A DNA stretch of 64,000 nt from Bacteroidota bacterium (GTDB lineage: Bacteria > Bacteroidota > Bacteroidia > NS11-12g > UBA9320): contig WGNA01000005.1 of the NCBI GenBank assembly GCA_016124755.1, positions 178,684-242,683 on the forward strand. The letters are read 5' to 3'. The notes under the pieces are model-generated. The model was not told the DNA's origin. It did not search any database and saw only the letters and a program-made list of their open reading frames with translations. Below are positions 18,582-29,139 of this stretch, one piece after another. The position numbers and the translations under genes are program-made. Numbering within the stretch: position 1 is the first letter of the stretch; each line of letters begins with the position of its first letter.

Positions 18582-21500
18582 ATGTCGATTAAAAAAGGAC
18601 TTGTACTCTTGCTTTTCGCTATCTCAGGTAAAGCATTGTATGCGCAGAAAACAGAAGTTTATCAGCAACCGGAAGAGTTGTTTTATCACGCCGTAGAATT
18701 ATTTGAGAAGAAACTGTACGGACCTTCCATTCAGGAATTTGAACGGTATATGAAATTAGACAAATCCGACAACCTGCTCAGACCTCAGGCGGAAATCTAT
18801 GTGCTGATCAATCACCTTCACCTGAACCACAACAACTCCGATAAAAATCTGGAGAAGCGGCTGGAACAAGGTCCGCAAACCGGAATTAACAACATGGCTC
18901 ACTTTGAACTGGGCAATTATTACTTCCGAACAGGTAATTACCGGAAAGCAGCAAAAGCCTTTGAAGATGTGGATGTTTCCAACCTCTCAAATGACCTGTG
19001 GGAAGAGGCAAACTTTAAAATGGGTTACTCATTTTTTAAAAGTAAAGACTACGAAAAAGCACAGGAACACCTTAATCAGGTTCGCAACAAATCAAAAAGT
19101 ACCTATTACATAGAAGCCAATTATTTCTACGGCTATATCTGTTATGTCCAAAACAAATACGACTGCGCCTTCGAGAGTTTCAAACGAATTGAAAACGACG
19201 GTCCGCAGATCATGTATTTATATATGGCGCAGATGCTTTATGCGAAAAATGATTTTAAAGGCGCACTCGATTATCTCACAAAACACCAATTAGAAAAATA
19301 CCCGGAAGAATTTAATCTGCTCACCGGCAAATGTCATTTCCAACTCGGGGATTATGCCAAAGCCACAACTGCATTTAAAGGAATTTCACTCGAATCAGAA
19401 CTGCTGACCAATGAAGATATTTACATGATTGGCCACACCTTCTTTCTTCAAAAAAATCATCTTAAAGCGCAGGAGGCTTTTATGCGAATTTCCGGTTTGG
19501 AGACTCCGCTGGGACAATTAGCAAACTATGAACTCGCGCAAAGTTTTATTGCAACCGACGAAAAACAAAAAGCCCTTCTTGCATTGGGAACAGCTAAGCG
19601 ACTTGAATTTCAAAAGGAAATTCAGGAGATTGCTCATTACAACTTTGCCAAATTATCATATGAGTTGGGAAATAAAAGTCAGGCGATTCAGGTCACTCAG
19701 GAGTTTATCGACAAATACCCTAAGTCTGAATATGTAGATGACACAAAAGGAATGTTGGCAGACATGCTGGTAAATGCCAAAAACCTGCCTCAGGCTATTC
19801 GTGTATTAGATGAAATTAAAACCTTCAATGAGTCCACTAAAAAAGTTTATCAACGAATAACCTATGCGTGGGCTGAAGAAAGATTTACCGACAACAGCTT
19901 TAAAGAAGCACGCGATTATTTCAACAAATCGGTTCGTTTTACACCCGATCGTCTTAAAGAAGCTCAGGCTTATTTCTGGTTGGGAGAGCTTGATTTTAAA
20001 GACGAAGATTACAATCATGCCATCACCAATTACAACCGTATGTTGAATAACGGTGCGGCAACTTCAAGCCGGTATTACAATACCACGCTTTACAACATTG
20101 GCTATTGCTACTATCTTCTTAAAGACAGAAGTCGCGCATTGAATTACTTTCTGCAATACAAACAGAAAGCTTCGTACAACCAGAACAAAACAGTTTATGC
20201 CGACAACCTGCTTCGACTCGGAGACTGTTACTTTTTGAGCAGTCAGTACGAAAAGGCGAGAGAAGCATACCATCAGGTTTCTGCCGGCAGATATGAAGGT
20301 AGCGATTATGCCTTGTATCAGGAGGGAATAATTTACGGTTTACAACGCAAGCCGGGAGATAAAATCAGTGCGCTGAAACAAATCCAGACCAATTACAAAA
20401 GCTCGGATTATTTGGTAACCGCCATCTATCAGATTGCTGAAACTTACAATCAGGATTTGCAGAACCCGGATATGGCTCTGAGCATGTTTAACCTTATTAT
20501 TAGTCAGCACGAAACAGACAAGTTGGCGCCGTATGCTTATGTAAAAATCGGATTGATTTATTCCCAGAAAAATGAGAATGAAAAAGCGCTGAATTACTGT
20601 AAAACCGTTGTAGAAAAATATCCCAAAACCGAAAGCTCTAAAGAGGCTCTTATCATTATTGAGAGCATCTACAAAAAGATGGATAAAGTTCCGGAGTTCC
20701 TGGAATATGTGTCAACGCTTGAAACCGGAGATTACCGGGTAACCTATCAGGATTCTCTGCTTTATGATGCCGGTTATCAGAAATACCGTTTGGGTAAATG
20801 CGATGAAGCGGAGAAGAATTTTAACGATTACAAAAAGCGTTTTGCTCAGGGATTTTTTATCATCAACACGTATTACTATACGGGGTTGTGTGCTTTTTAC
20901 GATGAAAAATACGACAAGGCAATCGAGAATTTTGAATATGTACACAATCAGGGAGCAACAGATTTCCGGGAAGATGTGAATCTCAAACTTGCGGAGATTT
21001 ATTACTATCAATCACGTTTCGACAAAGCCCTTCCCTACTTCAGTCAGTTAGAACGGATCGCTTCTTCAAAAGACAACTTTGTAAAAGCGCTGATGGGACA
21101 AATGCGTTGCAATTACACTTTGGGAAATCTCGACGCCGCCAAACAAAACGCAACCGCCATCCTTCCGATCGAAAACATCGAATTAGAAAAACTAATTGAA
21201 ACCAATCTTATTCTCGGTAAAATTCAATACCAGACGAATAACATTCTCACGGCCATGTTCCATTTCGATTACGTGGTTAAAGAATCCAAAACCGAAAGAG
21301 GTGCCGAAGCTCAATACTACCGGTGCATGATTCTGTACAAACAACAGAAATACAACGAGAGCCGTGAAGAAATTTTTAAACTCGGAGATCAGTGGGCATC
21401 TTACGAATATTGGGTTGTAAAGGGTTTCATTGTTCTGGCCGACATCTATACGGCAGAAAAGGATTACTTCCAGGCACGCGCTACTTTACAGGGAGTTTTA

Positions 21501-21593
21501 GATGCGTATCATGGAGATCAGTCCATTATCAACGAAGCGAACGACAAGTTGAAAAAGCTGAGTGAATTAGAAAAAAACCAGAAGAAGAAATAA
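18582..21593 (+). CDS. secreted ~1000-aa TPR-repeat protein
   Basis: Start moved to the ATG that gives signal peptide MSIKKGLVLLLFAISGKALYAQ. TPR-like W-LG-Y-A-F periodicity is seen throughout. The track's longer ORF from 18354 is an artefactual extension through the repeat tract. Confidence 0.75.
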   Translation: MSIKKGLVLLLFAISGKALYAQKTEVYQQPEELFYHAVELFEKKLYGPSIQEFERYMKLDKSDNLLRPQAEIYVLINHLHLNHNNSDKNLEKRLEQGPQTGINNMAHFELGNYYFRTGNYRKAAKAFEDVDVSNLSNDLWEEANFKMGYSFFKSKDYEKAQEHLNQVRNKSKSTYYIEANYFYGYICYVQNKYDCAFESFKRIENDGPQIMYLYMAQMLYAKNDFKGALDYLTKHQLEKYPEEFNLLTGKCHFQLGDYAKATTAFKGISLESELLTNEDIYMIGHTFFLQKNHLKAQEAFMRISGLETPLGQLANYELAQSFIATDEKQKALLALGTAKRLEFQKEIQEIAHYNFAKLSYELGNKSQAIQVTQEFIDKYPKSEYVDDTKGMLADMLVNAKNLPQAIRVLDEIKTFNESTKKVYQRITYAWAEERFTDNSFKEARDYFNKSVRFTPDRLKEAQAYFWLGELDFKDEDYNHAITNYNRMLNNGAATSSRYYNTTLYNIGYCYYLLKDRSRALNYFLQYKQKASYNQNKTVYADNLLRLGDCYFLSSQYEKAREAYHQVSAGRYEGSDYALYQEGIIYGLQRKPGDKISALKQIQTNYKSSDYLVTAIYQIAETYNQDLQNPDMALSMFNLIISQHETDKLAPYAYVKIGLIYSQKNENEKALNYCKTVVEKYPKTESSKEALIIIESIYKKMDKVPEFLEYVSTLETGDYRVTYQDSLLYDAGYQKYRLGKCDEAEKNFNDYKKRFAQGFFIINTYYYTGLCAFYDEKYDKAIENFEYVHNQGATDFREDVNLKLAEIYYYQSRFDKALPYFSQLERIASSKDNFVKALMGQMRCNYTLGNLDAAKQNATAILPIENIELEKLIETNLILGKIQYQTNNILTAMFHFDYVVKESKTERGAEAQYYRCMILYKQQKYNESREEIFKLGDQWASYEYWVVKGFIVLADIYTAEKDYFQARATLQGVLDAYHGDQSIINEANDKLKKLSELEKNQKKK

Positions 21594-22499
21594 TTAGTTA
21601 TGGGTTTGAGAAGCCTTGTATTGTTCGTAAAGGCTTCTCACAATTCCATCTGAAAGACCGGTTTTGGGAACATAAATTTTCTTGGTTCCGGTAATATTTA
21701 TGATGTCTAAAAAGATTTCGCTTGCCGGAACTATCACATCCGAACGATCCGGATTTAGTTGGTAATTAATGATCTTTTCGGTGTCGCTCTTGTCTTTTAT
21801 TTCATTATAAAATTCTTCCAGAGCATGAGTTGTAATGTGCAAATCACTCACCCGCCTTCTTTTAATTTTATAAATCTTATTAATGTTTCCACCGGATCCG
21901 AGGATTGGAACACCGCTGTTACCTGCACCCACTTCATGCAACCAATCGTGCAGACGTGACCACTCTGATTTTTCAACGGTTTTATGCAACGACCGGATGG
22001 TGCCGATGTTGAAAGACTCTTTAGCGGATTTATTTTTAGAATGAAAAGTGAGTTCCGTGCTTCCTCCACCCACATCGACAAACAACACTTTATTTTTTCT
22101 AACATGAAGAAAGGAAGGTACTTCTTCTCCGGAAATTACATTCGCTTCTTCCTCACCCGAAATTACATTGATTTTAATGCCGCATTCTCGTTCAACATGT
22201 TCAACAATGTACGGTGTATTCGCCGCATCCCGCATTGCAGAAGTTGCATAGGCACGGTAATCAACTATAGTTTGGGTATCCATCAAATGCCGGAAAGAGT
22301 GCATGGTACTGATGAGCTTTTTCTCGTTTTCGATGGAAATTCTCCCGAACCGAAAAGCATCTTCACCCAATCGCAACGGCACCCGAAGCAGAATTCCTTT
22401 TCTGAAATAAGGGCCTGCTTCCGTTTCAAATACATAACACAACAAAAAGCGAATTGCGTTGGAACCGATATCAATGGAAGCAAATTGTAGAAAATCCAA
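21594..22499 (-). CDS. ppx: Ppx/GppA-family exopolyphosphatase
   Basis: The N-terminus IDIGSNAIRFLL and the sequence DVGGGSTEL belong to the Ppx/GppA ASKHA fold. It lies immediately downstream of ppk1. Confidence 0.8.
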   Translation of the reverse strand: MDFLQFASIDIGSNAIRFLLCYVFETEAGPYFRKGILLRVPLRLGEDAFRFGRISIENEKKLISTMHSFRHLMDTQTIVDYRAYATSAMRDAANTPYIVEHVERECGIKINVISGEEEANVISGEEVPSFLHVRKNKVLFVDVGGGSTELTFHSKNKSAKESFNIGTIRSLHKTVEKSEWSRLHDWLHEVGAGNSGVPILGSGGNINKIYKIKRRRVSDLHITTHALEEFYNEIKDKSDTEKIINYQLNPDRSDVIVPASEIFLDIINITGTKKIYVPKTGLSDGIVRSLYEQYKASQTHN

Positions 22500-22505
22500 A
22501 GGCCT

Positions 22506-24548
22506 TTATCTTTTGCTCAAATATTTATAAAAATCTTCCTGACTTCGAATCTTTTTATCCCCAGCCCGTCGATACGAATTTGACATGTCCCGATCGAAAT
22601 AACGGGCCTTTGTGTTGTCTGCCATTTGAATCCTCACAAACTGTTGAATTTCTTTTTTAATTCTCGGATCGTAAACCGGAGTTGCAACTTCAATCCGGAA
22701 ATCCAGATTTCTTGTCATCCAGTCTGCAGATGCCAGATAATATTTTCTGCCGGTTCCTAAGCCAAAAATAAAAATGCGGGCATGTTCTAAATATTTATCC
22801 AGAATACTAATGGCGGAAATGTTTTCACTGGTTCCATTTTCACCGGGAATGAGCGAACACATGCCCCGAACAATCAGGTCGATCTGAACTCCTTCTGCGG
22901 ATGCCTGGTACAATTTGCGAATCATTCCTTCATCCACCAGACTGTTCAGCTTAAGAAATATGTACGCCCTTTTACCCCGCTGGGCTTTTTTAATTTCGTT
23001 GTCGATTAATCTTTCTAAACCGGATCTCAAATAAATCGGACTCACCAACAAATGATTAAATCGAACTCTTACGTATGGTTTTTCAATAAACCGAAAGACT
23101 TTTTCAACCTCTTCAGTTAACCGGTTGTCGGCTGTGAGCAACGACATATCCGAATAAACATTCGCAGTTCCTTCATGGAAATTACCGGTTCCGATGTGCG
23201 CGACTTTTCGAATCGTTCCTTCCGATTTGGCCGTGATTAAAATTAGCTTCGAATGAATTTTTAATCCGGGAACACCTAAGATCATTTTAACGCCAGCGTC
23301 TGTGAGAACCTTCGCCCATTGAAGATTGGCTTCCTCGTCAAAACGGGCTTGCAGCTCGATTACCACCACGACATCCTTCCCGTTTTTGGCCGCGTTCACC
23401 AGTGCATTAATAATTTTAGAATCATCCGCCAAACGATACAGGGTAATAAAAATGGACTGAACTTTTGGAGAAATAGCAGCTTCCCGCAACATGTCAATCA
23501 CATAATCAAATGCCTGATACGGATAGTGAAGCAAAACATCCTTCTCGTAAATGGCTGTCAAGATGGAATTAAATCCTTCGAGGTATTTGTGTTTTAAAGA
23601 AGGTCTTTTCGGATTTTCAAGACTTTGCCGACCCACGTTCGGGAATTTCATGAAGTCTTTAAAATTGTGATAACGCCCGCCGGAAATAATACTCTCTTCT
23701 TCAACAATTTTAAATTTCTTGAGCAACAACTTCAGGCTATGAACCGGCATGTTTTCGTCGTAAATAAAACGAACCGGCTCTCCGCGTTTCCGGTTCTCCA
23801 AACTCTTTCGCATCTTATCGTAAAACCCGACAACCACGTCGTCGTCGATATCGAGTTCTGCATCACGCGTTATTTTGAAAACATGAGAATCAATAACGTC
23901 GTAATCAAAAATGCTGTAGATGCGGGAAAGGTTGGCGCGAATTACATCGTCGAGATAGATGATGTATTTGTTGCCTTTATGCTGAGGCAAAACGATAAAC
24001 CGACTCACATTTCCCCGTGGAATTTCAATAAGGCTATACTGAATATTTGATGGTTTCGATTTTTTATAAAAATGCACCATCAGGTAAATGGAGTCGTCGT
24101 TGAGATGATGAAGTTTTTTGTTCTTCTTGATCATTATCGGAACAATCTGCGGCTCGACTTTATTGAGATAATAGTCTTTTACATATTGCATTTGTTCCTC
24201 GGTGATCGACTTTTCATCGGTGATAAAAATGTTCTCCTGAGCGAGTTCTTTAATAATGTTCTGATAAATCTTATCGAACCTGCCCTGTTGTTTTACCACG
24301 ATGTCGTGAATTTCATTGAGCAATTCCGCGGGAGATTCTCGAAAGGTAACATCGCCCCTTCTGTGAAATTTAAGAAGTCGTCGAACGGTGGCTACCCGAA
24401 CTCTGAAAAATTCATCCAGATTGTTTGAAAAAATTCCCAGAAAGCGCATCCGTTCAACCAAAGGATTGTTCGGGTCTTCTGCTTCCTGCAAAACCCGTTC
24501 ATTGAAAGAGAGCCAACTGATCTCTCTGTTGATTAATTCCACCGACAT
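22506..24548 (-). CDS. ppk: polyphosphate kinase 1
   Basis: The N-terminus NREISWLSFNERVLQEA, ...RFLGIFSNNLDEFF..., the HIGTGNFHE histidine-site region and the C-terminal PLD-like repeats show collinear identity to E. coli PPK. Confidence 0.95.
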   Translation of the reverse strand: MSVELINREISWLSFNERVLQEAEDPNNPLVERMRFLGIFSNNLDEFFRVRVATVRRLLKFHRRGDVTFRESPAELLNEIHDIVVKQQGRFDKIYQNIIKELAQENIFITDEKSITEEQMQYVKDYYLNKVEPQIVPIMIKKNKKLHHLNDDSIYLMVHFYKKSKPSNIQYSLIEIPRGNVSRFIVLPQHKGNKYIIYLDDVIRANLSRIYSIFDYDVIDSHVFKITRDAELDIDDDVVVGFYDKMRKSLENRKRGEPVRFIYDENMPVHSLKLLLKKFKIVEEESIISGGRYHNFKDFMKFPNVGRQSLENPKRPSLKHKYLEGFNSILTAIYEKDVLLHYPYQAFDYVIDMLREAAISPKVQSIFITLYRLADDSKIINALVNAAKNGKDVVVVIELQARFDEEANLQWAKVLTDAGVKMILGVPGLKIHSKLILITAKSEGTIRKVAHIGTGNFHEGTANVYSDMSLLTADNRLTEEVEKVFRFIEKPYVRVRFNHLLVSPIYLRSGLERLIDNEIKKAQRGKRAYIFLKLNSLVDEGMIRKLYQASAEGVQIDLIVRGMCSLIPGENGTSENISAISILDKYLEHARIFIFGLGTGRKYYLASADWMTRNLDFRIEVATPVYDPRIKKEIQQFVRIQMADNTKARYFDRDMSNSYRRAGDKKIRSQEDFYKYLSKR

Positions 24549-24613
24549 TATGGGGCAAAAATAGATTTGCCATGTTAACTCCGGCTGTTGGTGAATTGAG
24601 TGAGGATAATTTA

Positions 24614-25372
24614 TTAGTAATTCAGCAAATAAGAGATGCTCATTCGAAATGTGTAACTCTGGGTTTTTACCGAAGATAAAAATCCGTTGCTGTCTTCAAT
24701 TGGGTTTCCGTAACGGTCAACCACATATTCTTTTTGAGTTCCGCGACCGTATTTAATGTTGAATTCAACCGGATTGTATCCTCGCCAGAAATGAATCCCC
24801 AAAGTAGCCACCGGCATTACCCAACCTTTTCTGGATGCAGCACTGGATGTGTTCTGATCCTGCATGCTGATTAAACCAATTTTGTTGAACTCAAGTCCGC
24901 CGCCGAAAGAAATTCCGAAATCTTTCTCACAGGTATAGGTTGAACCGGAACCCACATACATTTTTAATAAGATGGGAATTTGAATGGAACCGATTCCCTC
25001 AACTCCGATTACGCTGTTACTGGTTGGTACCGAATTACCCAAACCAATGCTAAAAGGCGAACTAACTGCAAGCGCCGAATTTTTATCAAACTCCTGAAGA
25101 TTTAACCGCGGCTCAAGTCCGAATGAAAAGAGATTAATATTAAAACTCTGAATCGGTGCATTGACAAATATTTTATTCCCACTAACATCTACGTTGCCCG
25201 TCCATACATTTTCAAAACGCAAAGGAGATTGTGCAAAGTCGAGATAAGTTGAAGAATGAAAAGCGACAAAAAATCGATCCTGAAGATCGGTTGAGGTGTT
25301 ATTCTGAGCTTTTGATGTTGTTACAATCCCTGTAAAACATAAAGCAATGGATAGTGTTCGGAATAATTTCAT
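24614..25372 (-). CDS. hypothetical outer-membrane beta-barrel protein
   Basis: Signal peptide is present. Amphipathic beta-strands alternate and the protein ends in an aromatic C-terminus (LLNY). Confidence 0.45.
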   Translation of the reverse strand: MKLFRTLSIALCFTGIVTTSKAQNNTSTDLQDRFFVAFHSSTYLDFAQSPLRFENVWTGNVDVSGNKIFVNAPIQSFNINLFSFGLEPRLNLQEFDKNSALAVSSPFSIGLGNSVPTSNSVIGVEGIGSIQIPILLKMYVGSGSTYTCEKDFGISFGGGLEFNKIGLISMQDQNTSSAASRKGWVMPVATLGIHFWRGYNPVEFNIKYGRGTQKEYVVDRYGNPIEDSNGFLSSVKTQSYTFRMSISYLLNY

Positions 25373-25433
25373 CGTGTGAATTCAAATATACAACGCCACC
25401 CGCTATTCAAGGGTTTGGTTTACGTGTAAGTTT

Positions 25434-26693
25434 TCAAACATCCTTGCGTATAAGGCGATCCGGAGTTTCCGATTGAAGTGCCGACAACAGAAAAATCGTG
25501 GTGATAATAATTCCTAATTGTCGTTCGAGAACCGATTCTAATAAAAAGGAAACAAGCAAAACACCGGTTATAACCATTACAATCGGTTGTATTCGAAACT
25601 GTGCTCCCATTAAAATAAACAGGAGTGTGATTAGAATAAAACCGGCAACTCCGAAGACTAACCAACTTTCTAAAAATTCGTTGTGCGGACCAATTCTGTT
25701 TTCCGGATACAATTCACTTTTCCTGAGATCGTAAGCTTCCTGCAATCGACTTTCGGCATTTCTCAATCCGGTTCCGGTAAACGGATCCCGTTGTATCACG
25801 TACCATGCAGATTTCCATGCTTCGATGCGCATGGCAAGCGATTTATAATTGAGATCCTTCCCGCTGTTGACAGACTGAAAATCCTGAATCGAATTTTTCA
25901 CCTTGTTGTGTAGTGAAGGGATTATCAGATACGCTACAATCGGAATGATTACCGCTCCCAAGATCAATGTCGATTTGATTTTGGTTTCTTTAATTCTGAA
26001 AAACAACCACACGACCAAGAGAAAAACCGAAAAATAAAACCCGACCAATCCGGTCCGGGAGGCCAGAAGATGAAGGCAAAGCAACTGAACAATGAGGTTG
26101 ATTTTCCAAAACCAACCCGATTTTCTGATAACCACATAATATGCACTCATCCACACCGCAACCGAGAGGTACATGCCAAAATAAATATGATGTGTTCCTC
26201 CGAATACCGGAATGTGTTTCGACTGCAGCAACAAAAGATTGATCTCCTCAAAATGCAGCAGATAGTTAATGGAACTAATAACCGCCACCAGCGTAATTAC
26301 ACCAGCCAAAAGGCCAAAGAAGAATTCATTTAAATTAAAAGAAACCTTTAACCGTATAAGATAACCCGGAATAAAAAGCAGCGGTAGTTTCATAACCAGA
26401 TCCCGGGAAACTTCTTTTGAAAAACCACGGAATATTCCGTCTGCCAACACCAGCATCCACAGAATGGCAAACAGAATTGCCAGTAAATTTTCCTTTTTAT
26501 TAAAATCGAGAACCAGACTTTTATGCCGGATAGATGTGATCAGATCAATTAACCAAACCAAAGCCATGAGGCCAATGGAAATTGAAACTACAGCACGGGC
26601 AAAAAAGAGCGAAAGGAACAGCAGAGCCAACGGGAGTAATTTCCAGTTAGCCTTTAGAAAAGATTGAAAATTATCTCGCGTAACTGATTTCAA
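25434..26693 (-). CDS. O-antigen ligase (Wzy_C/WaaL) family membrane protein
   Basis: It has about 10 transmembrane helices and a large periplasmic loop carrying the conserved PHNEFLESWLVFGVAG (H-N-x-x-L-E) motif. Confidence 0.6.
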   Translation of the reverse strand: MKSVTRDNFQSFLKANWKLLPLALLFLSLFFARAVVSISIGLMALVWLIDLITSIRHKSLVLDFNKKENLLAILFAILWMLVLADGIFRGFSKEVSRDLVMKLPLLFIPGYLIRLKVSFNLNEFFFGLLAGVITLVAVISSINYLLHFEEINLLLLQSKHIPVFGGTHHIYFGMYLSVAVWMSAYYVVIRKSGWFWKINLIVQLLCLHLLASRTGLVGFYFSVFLLVVWLFFRIKETKIKSTLILGAVIIPIVAYLIIPSLHNKVKNSIQDFQSVNSGKDLNYKSLAMRIEAWKSAWYVIQRDPFTGTGLRNAESRLQEAYDLRKSELYPENRIGPHNEFLESWLVFGVAGFILITLLFILMGAQFRIQPIVMVITGVLLVSFLLESVLERQLGIIITTIFLLSALQSETPDRLIRKDV

Positions 26694-27666
26694 CCGGTTT
26701 TCCTTCTTGGAGTTGAATGTAGTCCATAGCGGCCTGAGTTAACCGGATTATATCGTTTCCTTCTGCAGACTCCATGGAATGATTCGCTACAACTTTAACA
26801 AAAACTGCCTTTTTATTCGAAGGATTTGTAACCATTATCGTGGTTCCGATTGGTGCCGAATGATGAGAACATACGCGTGACTGCTCGCCTTTTTCAATTG
26901 TATAATTTTCGGCAACTCCCCGCTCCCAGATTTTCTCCATATCGAATTCGGCAATTTTTTCAACCTTCTTCTGATAGGAAGTTGAATTCACGGCAGAATT
27001 TGCAGCGGCGGTATTCACGTTGGTTTGAGCTGCCAATTGTTTTGTGGTTTTAATTTCCTTTTGCAGACTGTCGACCTTTTCTTTCATTTCTTTGGTCTGA
27101 GTCTGTTGCGTCGGGGAATCTCCGGAAGGTACCAGCAATTCCATTCCTTCTTTTATTTCGGTTGATTCCAGATTGTTCAGCTCTTTTAAAACATCAACTT
27201 TGGTTTTATAAAGCACCGAAATCGAATAAAGCGTTTCGCCTTTCTGAACTGTGTGATATTTGGCAAACGTGGATTTTCTGGAATCAGAATTACCGGTTGA
27301 GGCATTGGAGGAGTTTGATTTGGATTGCTGATCCCCGTCAAAATATTCCTTCACAACTTTTTCTTCAAACGGTGCGTCTTTACCGGTTGGAACCAGAATT
27401 ATCTGGTCGGGATGCAGCGTCTGATCTGCCCCGGGATTGTTGGCAAGCAAGTCTTTTAATGCTACGTTGTACTTCCGGGCAATTCCATACAAACCTTCCG
27501 ATTTTTCAACTTTATGCATGATGAAAATTTTCCCGTTTTTCACCTTGGTACCAACCGAATCCACCGGTCCGGCGAGGGCCGATAAAGTTGAGAAAAGTAT
27601 TACTATTAAAAAGGCAGCTTTTTTCATTCCGATAATTTTAACGATTGAGAACGCTTTGGTTTTCAA
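26671..27666 (-). CDS. secreted 2x LysM + RlpA-like double-psi beta-barrel (DPBB) protein
   Basis: Signal peptide is present. Two LysM repeats are seen (HKVEKSEGLYGIARKYNVALKDLLANNPG..LVP and HTVQKGETLYSISVLYKTKVDVLKELNNL...LLVP). The C-terminus CSHHSAPIGTTIMVTNPSNKKAVFVKVVAN...NDIIRLTQAAMDYIQL has an RlpA DPBB pattern. Confidence 0.7.
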   Translation of the reverse strand: MKTKAFSIVKIIGMKKAAFLIVILFSTLSALAGPVDSVGTKVKNGKIFIMHKVEKSEGLYGIARKYNVALKDLLANNPGADQTLHPDQIILVPTGKDAPFEEKVVKEYFDGDQQSKSNSSNASTGNSDSRKSTFAKYHTVQKGETLYSISVLYKTKVDVLKELNNLESTEIKEGMELLVPSGDSPTQQTQTKEMKEKVDSLQKEIKTTKQLAAQTNVNTAAANSAVNSTSYQKKVEKIAEFDMEKIWERGVAENYTIEKGEQSRVCSHHSAPIGTTIMVTNPSNKKAVFVKVVANHSMESAEGNDIIRLTQAAMDYIQLQEGKPVEISYAR

Positions 27667-27759
27667 ACAATATTCGATGCGAAATTAGTACGCATTACCG
27701 CTTCAATTGAGGTATTTTGCAGCCTCAATATCCATAAGTCTAACGGCATTGAGTATTAA

Positions 27760-29139
27760 ATGAAACACTTTGCTCTTCTTGTTATCTGCCTCTTTCAGAT
27801 TAGTGTATATGCACAAACCAAAGAATTAAAAGTTGTTCAGTTCGACATTCGGGAAGACATCGCTCCGTCTGCAACGCGAATGGTTCAGAAAGGGTTTGGC
27901 AAAGCCCGCGAAGTAGATGCCGATTTTGTAATTATTCACATGGATACGTATGGCGGTTTATTAACCGATGCAGACTCAATCCGTAAAACGATTCTCAATG
28001 CTCCCATGCCCGTGATTGTCTTTATTGATAAAAATGCCGCATCTGCAGGAGCCTTAATTTCATTGGCATGTGACCGTATTTATATGTCGCCCGGAGCAAC
28101 AATCGGATCAGCAACAGTGGTAAACGAAGGCGGGGAAGTTTTACCCGATAAATATCAATCGTACATGCGATCTATTATGAGAGCCACCGCAGAAAGTCAT
28201 GGCCGGGATACGCTCATTAAAAACGGTGATACGCTCATCCGGTTCAAAAGAAATCCGGCAATTGCCGAAGCCATGGTCGATGAGCGAATCGCGATACCAG
28301 ACGTGGTAGATAGTGGGAGGATTGCGGCATTTACCAGTGCCGAAGCCATCAAAATTCGTTTCTGCGACGGAGAGGCGAATTCCATTTCGGAGGTTTTGCA
28401 AAAAGAAGGTATAAGCCATTATGAATTAATAGAAGTGAAGAAAACCGGTATAGACAAGTTGATCGGTTTCCTCTCCGCTCCCGCCATCCAGGGAATTTTA
28501 ATCATGTTCATTTTCTGGGGAATTTTCTTTGAGTTAAGAACACCCGGAATCGGCTTTCCCCTTCTCGCGGCTTCCATCAGCGCCCTGCTTTACTTTGCTC
28601 CCCTTTATCTCGACGGCTTAGCCCAAAACTGGGAAATCCTTCTTTTTGTAATCGGACTCATACTCATCATTCTCGAAATATTTGTGATACCCGGATTTGG
28701 CGTAACCGGTATTACCGGAATTGTTCTCACTATTACCAGTTTGATTCTGAGCCTCGTGAGAAATGTGAATTTTGATTTTTCAGAAACCAATGCCACAGAC
28801 TTGAATAAAGCCCTTCTCATCGTGATATTTTCTCTGGTCGGCTTTGTCGTCGGTCTCATACTCTTCGGAAAAGGATTTATGAATTCTCCACTCAGTAAAC
28901 GTTTGGTGCTGAGCGATACATTGGAAAATGCCCGGGTAGGAAAACCGGCTTCCGGGGGAGATTCACTTGTGGGACAAACCGGTATTGCCCGAACCGCCAT
29001 TCGTCCGATGGGCAAAATCATGATTGGCGATGTGATGTACGACGTGAAAAGTCAGGGTGAATTTATTGAAGAAGGTTCCGGGGTAAGAGTAATTTCACGA
29101 GAGTTCAGTTATTGGATCGTCGTAAGAAACAACGCTTGA
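27760..29139 (+). CDS. NfeD-family membrane-bound ClpP-class serine protease
   Basis: The N-terminal ClpP/crotonase-like domain contains VIIHMDTYGGLL...NAASAGALISLACDRIYMSPGATIGSA. A transmembrane block follows, and the C-terminal OB-fold contains GKIMIGDVMYDVKSQGEFIEEGSGVRV. Confidence 0.75.
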   Translation: MKHFALLVICLFQISVYAQTKELKVVQFDIREDIAPSATRMVQKGFGKAREVDADFVIIHMDTYGGLLTDADSIRKTILNAPMPVIVFIDKNAASAGALISLACDRIYMSPGATIGSATVVNEGGEVLPDKYQSYMRSIMRATAESHGRDTLIKNGDTLIRFKRNPAIAEAMVDERIAIPDVVDSGRIAAFTSAEAIKIRFCDGEANSISEVLQKEGISHYELIEVKKTGIDKLIGFLSAPAIQGILIMFIFWGIFFELRTPGIGFPLLAASISALLYFAPLYLDGLAQNWEILLFVIGLILIILEIFVIPGFGVTGITGIVLTITSLILSLVRNVNFDFSETNATDLNKALLIVIFSLVGFVVGLILFGKGFMNSPLSKRLVLSDTLENARVGKPASGGDSLVGQTGIARTAIRPMGKIMIGDVMYDVKSQGEFIEEGSGVRVISREFSYWIVVRNNA

